From contig CAXXVD010000004.1 in NCBI GenBank assembly GCA_963662335.2, positions 64,001 through 128,000 of the forward strand: a stretch of 64,000 nucleotides of DNA, in the 5' to 3' direction. This DNA is from Chloroflexota bacterium. GTDB lineage: Bacteria > Chloroflexota > UBA11872 > VXOZ01. Of this stretch, positions 19,711-27,738 are shown piece after piece. A program made the position numbers and the translations under genes. Every line of letters begins with the position of its first letter. Position 1 is the first letter of the stretch. The notes beneath the pieces are model-generated. The model saw only the letters and a list, made by a program, of their open reading frames with translations, was not told where the DNA came from and did no database searches.

Positions 19711-19758
19711 GCTGGCTTTGCTCGCTCGACTTGGACTCGGTATTACCGCGGACTCCTG

Positions 19759-21096
19759 CTACATATCCCCGACGAAACGCCCGGGGTTGAGTATGTGGCC
19801 GGGGTCGTACGTCCGCTTGAGGTTGCGCATGACGGCCAATCCCTGCGGGTGCGGCCCCCAAACGTCTACGGCGGTCTTTAGCGACACAGAACCCCGCTGC
19901 ACTTCCAGGCTGCCGCCATGCTCCTGGCTGATCGTGCGCGCGCGTTGCAACAAGGGAACCAGTTGCGCCAACGGCGACTGCCGCGCATCCAACGCGCATT
20001 CATGCTCCGCCGGCGGCCAAACTCCGCAGCGGAGCGACCCACTGAGCGGATCGGCTACAACACCGACCGTGCCGTCGCTCGTCTCGGCGGAGCGCATGAG
20101 GTCCGCATAGACGTGGCGCAACTCCGATGGCACGGCGCTCGCCTTGAACAGAACCGGCGGCGCAGCGGCCTCCCACCCCAGGTCCACGCACTTCTGCCAC
20201 AACGCTCCGCCTGCGGCAAGATCGGCTTCACCTGCCGCAGCGCCCACTCCGGCGGCAGCGGCTGAGGCGGCCCGCACTTGCCGCGCCACGGCGCGTTGCG
20301 CCCCCATGAAGCGCGCCAGCAACACGTGGGAGCCCCGCGTCTCGCCCAGCACGCGCGCCTGCGCCGGTTCATTCAGGATTACCGCGGCGGCGGGATGGTG
20401 TGCGCGCACCGCGTAGGCCAGGTCAAACGCCGCACTGGCGTCCGCGCAAGCGAAGACCACGGTTTCGTCCGCTTTGGGCGCCGGAAAGACCTTGAACGTC
20501 ACCGTGGCAATGACGCCCAGCGTGCCCAGAGCGCCCACCTGGAGCTTGTGCAGGCCAAAGCCCGCCACGTTCTTGACCACCTCGCCGCCGCTCTTGACGA
20601 CCGTGCCGTCGCCCTGGACGAAGCGCATGCCCATTACCAGGTCCTTGCCCGTGCCGAACGCGTAGCGCAGCGGCCCGTGCGCGTTCGCCGCCAGCGCGCC
20701 GCCCACCGTTGCCTGCTGCGGGCGGGGAACCTCCAGCGGCAGCATCTGGCCGTGCTCGCGCAGCGCCTGCTGCAAAACCGCCAGGGTCACGCCCGCCTCG
20801 GCGGTTAGTATGAGGTCCGCCGGTTGGTACTCCGTGATCGCGTTGAGACCGGTGGTGCGGAGCGCCGCGTCGGCGGCAGACGGCGGCATGCCGAGCTCGA
20901 GCATAGTGCCGCCGCCAACGAGGATTGTGGGCGTCGCGGCCGCGGCCAGTTCCGCAACTGCGGCGGCCAACTCCTCCACCGAACGCGGCGTCACGGCAAA
21001 CGCGGGCCGCCTGCCGTCGACAGTAGGCGCGTCCGCACTGACCGCCTCGCGTGAGACGACCTGCGCGAGTTGGGTGTGGATAGTCTCAGTCAGCAA
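19759..21096 (-). CDS. glcE: Glycolate oxidase FAD-binding subunit
   Basis: ATVGG, SGGEVVKNVAGFGL, GTLGVI, DPGHILNPGR. Confidence 0.88.
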   Translation of the reverse strand: MLTETIHTQLAQVVSREAVSADAPTVDGRRPAFAVTPRSVEELAAAVAELAAAATPTILVGGGTMLELGMPPSAADAALRTTGLNAITEYQPADLILTAEAGVTLAVLQQALREHGQMLPLEVPRPQQATVGGALAANAHGPLRYAFGTGKDLVMGMRFVQGDGTVVKSGGEVVKNVAGFGLHKLQVGALGTLGVIATVTFKVFPAPKADETVVFACADASAAFDLAYAVRAHHPAAAVILNEPAQARVLGETRGSHVLLARFMGAQRAVARQVRAASAAAAGVGAAAGEADLAAGGALWQKCVDLGWEAAAPPVLFKASAVPSELRHVYADLMRSAETSDGTVGVVADPLSGSLRCGVWPPAEHECALDARQSPLAQLVPLLQRARTISQEHGGSLEVQRGSVSLKTAVDVWGPHPQGLAVMRNLKRTYDPGHILNPGRFVGDM

Positions 21097-21110
21097 GGGG
21101 TGCCTGCATC

Positions 21111-22580
21111 CTACTTCCAGACCGCGTCAGCGGTAGCGTGGCCCGCCTGCGACGCAATCGCCGGGGCCTTGCCAATGTGGATCTTGGCGGCATGAGGGCC
21201 TTCGCCGGTTGGAAAAACCTTGGTGGGATTGAAGAGCCAATCGGGGTCGAAGGCGCGCTTCAGCTTGCGCATGGCCTCCAAGTCTTCTTCACTGTAGAGC
21301 CAGCCCATGTACTCCTGCTTTTCCGTGCCGATGCCGTGTTCGCCGGAGAGCGAACCGCCGGCGTCGATGCAGGCGCGGATGATCTCCTCGCCCGCCGCGA
21401 TCACCCGCTGCACCTGTTCGCCGTCGCGCACGTCGAAGAGCAGATTGGGATGCAGGTTGCCGTCACCGGCGTGGAAGACGTTGGCGATGATGATGTCGTA
21501 CCGCTCCGCCACGTCCTCAACGAAGCGCATGATCTCCGGCAGTTTCGTGCGGGGCACGACGCAATCCTGGATGTAGTAGCTGGACGCCAGCCGGCCCAGC
21601 GCGCCGATCGCCCCTTTGCGGCCGGCCCAGACGGTCTCTCGTTCCTCAGCCGTCTGCGCCACCTTGATCGTGCGCGCGCCCGCCTGGCGGCACAGGTCCA
21701 GGATCGGCTCGCGCTGCTCGTCGAGTTCTTCCTGCATACCGTCGATCTCGATGATGAGCACGCCGCCGGCGTCCGGCGGGTAGCCGATGTGATAGGCTTC
21801 CTCGATCGCGCGCGTGACGACCTGGTCCATGATCTCCAGGGCGGCGGGTATGATGCCGTTGCCGATGATGGAGGAAACCGCCTCGCACGCGGCGGGCACG
21901 TCGTCGAAGATTGCCAGGTAGGTCTCGACCGCTTCCGGCAGCGGCAGGAGTTTGACGAGAATCTTGGTCACCACGCCCATGGTGCCCTCGGAGCCGATGA
22001 TTGCGCTCATCAGGTCGTAGCCGGGCGCGTCAGGCGCCTTGCCGCCGATCCAGGCCGTCTCACCGCCCGGAAAGACGACCTCCAAGCCCAGGACGTGATT
22101 GAGCGTACAGCCGTAGCGCAGGCAGTGCGCGCCGCCTGAGTTCTCGGCCACGTTGCCGCCCAGCGTGCAGGCCTTCTGGCTGGAAGGATCCGGCGCGTAG
22201 TAGAGGCCAAGGTGCGCCACTTCGTCGGAGAGTTCCAGGTTGACGACGCCCGGCTCTACCAGAGCCGTGCGGTTCTCCGCGTCGATCTCCAGAATTTCGC
22301 GCATCCGGCTGACGGAGAGCAGGATGCCGTTCTCTTCCGGCACCGCGCCGCCGGACAGTCCGGTGCCGGCGCCCTTGGGCACGACTGGGACTTTGAATTC
22401 ACTGGCAACCGCCAAAACCCCACTGACTTCCGCCGTGGTGCGCGGAAAGACGACGGCGGCGGGAAGTTGGGCGTCGATGGAGGCGTCGCGTTCGAATACG
22501 ATGAGGTCTTCCGGCAGATACACGACGTGCTCCGCCCCCACGATGGCTTGCAATCGTTCAACGAGTTCGCGCGTTTCCAT
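21111..22580 (-). CDS. glcD: Glycolate oxidase subunit GlcD (FAD-linked oxidase)
   Basis: GAGTGLSGGA, YAPDPSSQKAC, ENSGGAHCLRYG, GSEGTMG, HAGDGNLHP, GEHGIG. Confidence 0.92.
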   Translation of the reverse strand: METRELVERLQAIVGAEHVVYLPEDLIVFERDASIDAQLPAAVVFPRTTAEVSGVLAVASEFKVPVVPKGAGTGLSGGAVPEENGILLSVSRMREILEIDAENRTALVEPGVVNLELSDEVAHLGLYYAPDPSSQKACTLGGNVAENSGGAHCLRYGCTLNHVLGLEVVFPGGETAWIGGKAPDAPGYDLMSAIIGSEGTMGVVTKILVKLLPLPEAVETYLAIFDDVPAACEAVSSIIGNGIIPAALEIMDQVVTRAIEEAYHIGYPPDAGGVLIIEIDGMQEELDEQREPILDLCRQAGARTIKVAQTAEERETVWAGRKGAIGALGRLASSYYIQDCVVPRTKLPEIMRFVEDVAERYDIIIANVFHAGDGNLHPNLLFDVRDGEQVQRVIAAGEEIIRACIDAGGSLSGEHGIGTEKQEYMGWLYSEEDLEAMRKLKRAFDPDWLFNPTKVFPTGEGPHAAKIHIGKAPAIASQAGHATADAVWK

Positions 22581-22720
22581 GCCGTGCCGCCTACCCTCGA
22601 ATCGTGTCTTCATGCTTCCGCCAAGCTCATCACTGTGATGATACCATAGCCCAAATAGGCTCACAAAAGGGCACGAAAGCGGTCTGCCAAGATTTCGCTT
22701 GCTCTTGGCGGCTGGAGGCG

Positions 22721-22887
22721 GGGGGCAAGCCCTAATGCAGTCGCATTAAACATAACGACGGCAACACTCGCGTCCAAAATCCCCGGTAGCGCAGGTTTGT
22801 AACCTGCGAAGTTGCTAGGTCAACCCTTTTCGCGTCAGTTTCAATGGCTCCGGCGGGGGACAAGCCCCCGCGCTACTTGTGTGCGAC
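22721..22887. mobile_element. MITE/REP composite element, copy 1
   Basis: Shares a 43-bp identical block plus flanking similarity with the reverse complement of 50098-50213; bounded by GTCGCATTAA / TTGTGTGCGAC. Confidence 0.6.
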
Positions 22888-22940
22888 ACCTTTGGGGACT
22901 AGCTCCGGCGCTTCGGATATTCAGCAGGAGCGGCCTAACC

Positions 22941-23972
22941 GTGCGAGAGCAGACGAACCGGTTCCAAGCTCTGCGGGAGCACATCGCTGCCGCTGTCGGT
23001 CCGGTGCGCTCGCTGCGGCCGGTAGGCGGCGGGGGCGCGCAGGGCGCGGCAGTGTGGCACGTGGTTCTGGCTACCGGCGCGCAGGCGGCGGTCAAGCGTC
23101 ACGCCCACGCCGGCGCGGGAGAGGTGGAGTTTGGCGTGCTGCGGATGCTCCACCGGCTCGGCGCGCCCGTGCCCAAGCCGCTGCATTGGGACTCCCGCCA
23201 GCGCATCTTGATAACGGCATGGGCGGGAATGCGCACACTTGCGGAGGAGATCCAGCGGGCGCAACCCCCTCAGCCCCGGCGAAAGAGCGGCCTGCGCCGC
23301 TTGTCGCATAGCCTCGTCAAGGGAGCTGCTGCCCTTGAAACGGCCTTCGCAGGGCTTGCCGCGCGTCTGCCGCTGCAACAAACGGGTGAACGCCGGCGCC
23401 GCGAGGCGGAGGCGCGCGCCCGGTGCCGGCAAGCGCCGGAGACGTTTGCCCAACTTGCCACATTTTGCGGTCTGTCGCCGCCGCCGGGCTGGGATGCGTC
23501 ACTGCGCGACGCCTGGGCGGAACTTGCGGAAGCGCTTACGGCCGGTCGCCTGACCTTTGGGGGCCGGGACTGCACGCCGCGCAACGTGCTAACCGACGGC
23601 AGCGCTATCTGGTTCGTCGATTTCGCCGTGGTCGGCCTCGACTGGCCGGAAGCGCGGTTGGCGCAGTACGCCGCCGTCTTCAACCAAACCGACCCGGCCC
23701 AGCCAGCGGAGTCCCTCTTGACCCACGCCGAACCGCAGTGGTACGGTGAAGGCGGATGCATTGAAAGCGCAATGGTGGACGTGCATCATCTGTTGCTGTG
23801 GAGCGAGGCGCTGCGGCTGCTGCTCGAGGCAACGAGCGGCCCGCCGGAGCGCCAAGATTCACCGCGACGGCGGCAACTGGAGCGGGCGCTGGCGTTGGCC
23901 GTTTGTCCGTTAGAAAACGGCACACCGGCGGAACGGGTGCGCGCGCTCATTGCCGCAGTTTTTTGCGAATGA
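22941..23972 (+). CDS. Aminoglycoside-phosphotransferase/kinase-like protein
   Basis: GGGG loop, AAVK, APVPKPL, RDCTPRNVL, FVDF; GCAGGAG SD before GTG. Confidence 0.65.
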   Translation: MREQTNRFQALREHIAAAVGPVRSLRPVGGGGAQGAAVWHVVLATGAQAAVKRHAHAGAGEVEFGVLRMLHRLGAPVPKPLHWDSRQRILITAWAGMRTLAEEIQRAQPPQPRRKSGLRRLSHSLVKGAAALETAFAGLAARLPLQQTGERRRREAEARARCRQAPETFAQLATFCGLSPPPGWDASLRDAWAELAEALTAGRLTFGGRDCTPRNVLTDGSAIWFVDFAVVGLDWPEARLAQYAAVFNQTDPAQPAESLLTHAEPQWYGEGGCIESAMVDVHHLLLWSEALRLLLEATSGPPERQDSPRRRQLERALALAVCPLENGTPAERVRALIAAVFCE

Positions 23973-24004
23973 TTGGCTGATTTTCTTAGTGAAAGGAGAG
24001 TCCG

Positions 24005-24274
24005 ATGGCAGAGGAATGGAAGCCCCGCGGACGCGAGGTCGTAATTGACGGTCTGGAGTGGGTGGGCCGCATGGCGGACAAGGCCCGCGCCGAGCATGGC
24101 GGCTACATCGGCGAGTACATCTACCCGTGCCCCATGGACCAGCAAGTGCTGCGCGACCTGGGCCTGAGCGCGGAAGCGTTCACGCAGATCGCGGTTGAAG
24201 CCGCCACGGACAGCGAACTGGCGGCGCAGGTGAAGGCCGCCTCCGGCAAGGAAACGGTGGCCGCGCCCGCCTGA
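24005..24274 (+). CDS. Small conserved protein (DUF5069-like)
   Basis: GLEWVGRMADKARA..GEYIYPCPMDQ motif; AAGGAG SD. Confidence 0.7.
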   Translation: MAEEWKPRGREVVIDGLEWVGRMADKARAEHGGYIGEYIYPCPMDQQVLRDLGLSAEAFTQIAVEAATDSELAAQVKAASGKETVAAPA

Positions 24275-24374
24275 AGCGCAATTCTGGTCGGCGCGGTGCG
24301 CGATGCGCTCCACCGCGTCCTGCCAAGCCGCCGGGCGTAGTCTACGGAAACGTCTACGGTTAGAGTGAAATTGG

Positions 24375-24429
24375 AAGCCCCAGCCGTTCGTCCTTCGACA
24401 AGCTCAGGACGAACGGCTGGGGCTTTCTT
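24375..24429 (+). terminator. Intrinsic terminator built around a REP palindrome
   Basis: 20-bp perfect stem AAGCCCCAGCCGTTCGTCCT/AGGACGAACGGCTGGGGCTT ending in a T-rich tail. Confidence 0.6.
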
Positions 24430-24430
24430 G

Positions 24431-24520
24431 CGCCGCTCACGCTTCACGCTCCGCTCACGCTTGACGCCCTGACCATGCTTCACGCCCCGACCACGCTTCA
24501 CGCGCCGCTCATTGTTCACC
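24431..24520. repeat. Degenerate 18-bp tandem repeat (5 units)
   Basis: cgccgctcacgcttcacg / ctccgctcacgcttgacg / ccctgaccatgcttcacg / ccccgaccacgcttcacg / cgccgctcattgttcacc. Confidence 0.75.
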
Positions 24521-24816
24521 CTCGTCCACTCTTTGCGCATGATCTATCCATTGCGCTCGCTCATACTTTACGCTTACGCTTTCATTGCGCATGCTTGTCA
24601 TATGCTCACACTCATTTCTCTCTGACACTCATTGGAAACTCGGAACCATACAAACGCAAAACCATGCCCGTTAGAGCCACAGCAAGGCAAAGCCACACCC
24701 GCGCAGTGCGCGGGTGTGGTATATTCTGGGAGCGCGTCGGACTTGGGAGGCCCACTCTTGAAAACTTACCGTCACGTCGTCTCGCAGCAAACGCCCATGC
24801 CGCCCGCGGCCGTACG

Positions 24817-26034
24817 GTGACGCGCGGCCAGAAGGCGGCGCTCATCGGCGGCGCAATCGGCCTTGCGCTTGGCGGCGGCTACGTGCTGGCCCGCCGCATT
24901 GCGGCGCGCGTGCGGCCGGACATCATAGATTGGCAGCGCGCCGAGAACATCGCGCTGCGTCTTGCCGCCCGCAACGCCGGCAGCGTGCTGCCCTCCCACG
25001 CCCGCCTCGCGCTCCAGGACGACTATCAGGCCCTCGTGGCCCTCAGCCACGAACGGATCGTCCCGTTCATCCAACTCACCGCAGCCTCCGACAATCACGT
25101 CGTGGAGGTGCTGGACCGCCCGCTCTGGGTGCAGCGTAACCTGGGCAACGTGCAGCGCCTGCTTTCGCCGCTGGAAGACGCATACCTGGAGAGCGTCGGC
25201 GCGACGAGCGGTACGTTCTTCCGGCTGGCCCAAGGCGGCGTGCAACTGACTCTCTCCGCGCAGATGGGCATTGTGTTGGGTTTTCTGTCGCGGCACGTGC
25301 TGGGCCAGTTCGACATGCCCTTCCTGGCGCCGCCGGCTGGCGCAAGCGCCGAATCCGCGCAGTTGAACCGCATCTACTTCGTAGAACCCAATATCCACCG
25401 CCTGCAGCAGCGGCTTGAGATCCCACCGGACGCCTTCCGGCTCTGGATTGCGCTGCACGAGACCACCCACGCGATCCAATTTCAGATAGCGCCGTGGCTG
25501 GCGGCGTACCTGGGCAGCCTCATCGAGTCGTACGTGGATAGCTTTCGCGAACTACTGCGCGATTCGCCGCATCCGCTGCGCGCGATGCTGGCGCCCGGCG
25601 CGGAAGAGCCGGCGGAGCGCGACGGCATGGGCGGCCTGATGGGACTGCTCACCACGCCGGAGCAGCGGGAGTTGCTGGCGCGCGTGCAGGGCGTGATGAG
25701 CCTCGTCGAGGGCTACGGCAACTACGTCATGGACGCCCTGGGCGAGCAACTGATAGCCAACTTCCCCGATATGCGCCAGCGGCTGGAGGCGCGCAAGCGC
25801 GGTTCGCTGGAACGCGCCCTGATGCGGCTGCTGGGCTTCGATCTAAAACTGGCCCAATACCGCCTGGGTGAGCGCTTCGTGCGCTACGTGGTGGAACACG
25901 AGGACATGGGCTTACTCAACCGCGTCTGGGAAGACCAAGAGGCGATGCCCACGTTGGCTGAGATCAACGCTCCTGAGCAGTGGGTGGAGCGTATGCGCGT
26001 GAAGTCAGGCGCGGACATGAAGGAATTGGATTGA
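24817..26034 (+). CDS. Zincin-like metalloprotease/hydrolase (DUF2342, F420-biosynthesis-associated family)
   Basis: IIDWQRA, VLGQFD, LWIALHETTHAIQF (HExxH), MSLVEGYGNYVMD, KLAQYRLGERF. Confidence 0.8.
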   Translation: MTRGQKAALIGGAIGLALGGGYVLARRIAARVRPDIIDWQRAENIALRLAARNAGSVLPSHARLALQDDYQALVALSHERIVPFIQLTAASDNHVVEVLDRPLWVQRNLGNVQRLLSPLEDAYLESVGATSGTFFRLAQGGVQLTLSAQMGIVLGFLSRHVLGQFDMPFLAPPAGASAESAQLNRIYFVEPNIHRLQQRLEIPPDAFRLWIALHETTHAIQFQIAPWLAAYLGSLIESYVDSFRELLRDSPHPLRAMLAPGAEEPAERDGMGGLMGLLTTPEQRELLARVQGVMSLVEGYGNYVMDALGEQLIANFPDMRQRLEARKRGSLERALMRLLGFDLKLAQYRLGERFVRYVVEHEDMGLLNRVWEDQEAMPTLAEINAPEQWVERMRVKSGADMKELD

Positions 26035-26082
26035 CCGCCTCATTCGGAACCGGCAGCGGCGCACCTTACCCATCCAGTGCGG

Positions 26083-27729
26083 TCACGGCATGGGCGTGAA
26101 TTCCAGAATCTGGCCGTCCTGGATTAGCCGGGCGCGCAACTCCGCGTAGTCGATGTCCTGAACCGGGATGCCGCGCCTGATAGCAATCGCCGCCGCCGTC
26201 GCGGCGGACTGACCCAGAATCATGAACACCGGTTCCATGCGGATTGAGCCAAATGCGATGTGCGACGCGGAGACGCAGACCGGCACGAGCAGGTTCGTCA
26301 CTTCCTCCCGTTTCGGCGTCAGCGACCCGTAGGCTATTCCGTACGGCCGCAACGGCCGCACGCCGACGTCGCCTTCGTTCTGCGCGTAGCCCGCGGCCGT
26401 GACGTAGCGCTGCGCGTTGTGCGAATCCATGACGTACGAGCCCATGCCAACCGGCTGCGGCGCGTCCCGTTTGGCAAGGCACTCGTGTTCGGTCATCACG
26501 AATGCGCCCGCCAGCCGCCGCGCTTCCCGGACGTAGAGTTGGTGGGGCCAGTTGCCGCTGCCGGTGAATTCGTCGCGGGCAAGCCCATACTGGGCGCATT
26601 CTTCGCGGACGTCCCCCGGCACGCGGGGATCGTTGGCCAGGAAGTAGAGCAGTCCCTGCTGGTAGTCCGCGTGCTCCCAAACCATCTGCTCCCGCTCTGC
26701 GTAGGAAGCCTCCGGATACGCGTAATTCATGCCAATGTTGTCTGCGCTGAACGGCCCGTGGTTGTTCATGTCGATCTTGGCATTGGGAATGGGGTCGAAC
26801 TTGCGGAAGGTTTCGCGCCAGCCCGTGTCAAAGACCCGCAGCAGCAGTTCATACTGTCGCGGGTCGTAGCCGTCCGGCTTGGGGAAGGGCACGCGGTTCT
26901 CGGCCACCTTGGTAAGGCACAGCCGGAAGCAGTAGGCCTGGATGCAGTCGTCTCCCTGCCCGTCCGCGCCCGGCGATTCCGGGCTGATGCGCGGCAGCAG
27001 GCCGCTCGACGGGTCGCCGGGGACGCGATAGGGGTCAACGCCATCGGGAAAATGATGGCCGTGGTGGCGGGCGGCCTTTTGCACGCCCGCCCATTCCTCG
27101 CCGAACTCCGCCGTGCCCTCGCGTCCGACCCGGTACGAGACGCCCGCCGCCGCCATGAGGTCGCCCTCGTAGGTGGCGTCAATGAAGACTGAACCTGCGT
27201 AGGTGGCGCCGCTGACAGCCGTGATGCGCCGGATGCGGCCGTCTTCAAGCGCCACGCCGTTTTCCCGGTCCAGCCATTCGCCGCGCCGCACGTCGACGCC
27301 GATTTCCGCGACTAGGTTCTCGAAGACCTTCTCCGCCACATGCGGCTCGAAGACCCACATCGTCCGTTGCGCGCCGTCTACGGCGGGCGTGCCCTGGCCT
27401 TGGTTGCCGTATTCCGCGCGCCGCTGCCACTGCCAGGCGTCGGGCGACTCGTAGTGCTGCCAGATGCGGTGGTAGAACTCGCGGGCGAGGCCGCCGATCA
27501 CGGCCTTGTTGCCGGTATCCGTATAGCCGAGGCCGCCGGCGGACAGGCCGCCCAGGTGGCGCTCCGGCGCCACGATGACTACCGACAGGCCCAGCCGGCG
27601 GGCCTGGACGGCAGCCGCGACGCCGGCCGACGTGCCCCCGTATACGACCAGGTCGAAGCATTCCACGGTCTCAGGGGAAGGCGCGCCCGTGCTTTCAGCG
27701 TAGCGGTATTGTGATTGAGCCCGTGACAT
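26083..27729 (-). CDS. FAD-dependent oxidoreductase (FAD_oxidored family)
   Basis: VVYGGTSAG, GGLSAGGLG, DATYEGDLMA, LYVREARR, SIRMEPVFM. Confidence 0.85.
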   Translation of the reverse strand: MSRAQSQYRYAESTGAPSPETVECFDLVVYGGTSAGVAAAVQARRLGLSVVIVAPERHLGGLSAGGLGYTDTGNKAVIGGLAREFYHRIWQHYESPDAWQWQRRAEYGNQGQGTPAVDGAQRTMWVFEPHVAEKVFENLVAEIGVDVRRGEWLDRENGVALEDGRIRRITAVSGATYAGSVFIDATYEGDLMAAAGVSYRVGREGTAEFGEEWAGVQKAARHHGHHFPDGVDPYRVPGDPSSGLLPRISPESPGADGQGDDCIQAYCFRLCLTKVAENRVPFPKPDGYDPRQYELLLRVFDTGWRETFRKFDPIPNAKIDMNNHGPFSADNIGMNYAYPEASYAEREQMVWEHADYQQGLLYFLANDPRVPGDVREECAQYGLARDEFTGSGNWPHQLYVREARRLAGAFVMTEHECLAKRDAPQPVGMGSYVMDSHNAQRYVTAAGYAQNEGDVGVRPLRPYGIAYGSLTPKREEVTNLLVPVCVSASHIAFGSIRMEPVFMILGQSAATAAAIAIRRGIPVQDIDYAELRARLIQDGQILEFTPMP

Positions 27730-27738
27730 GCGCCGGCG

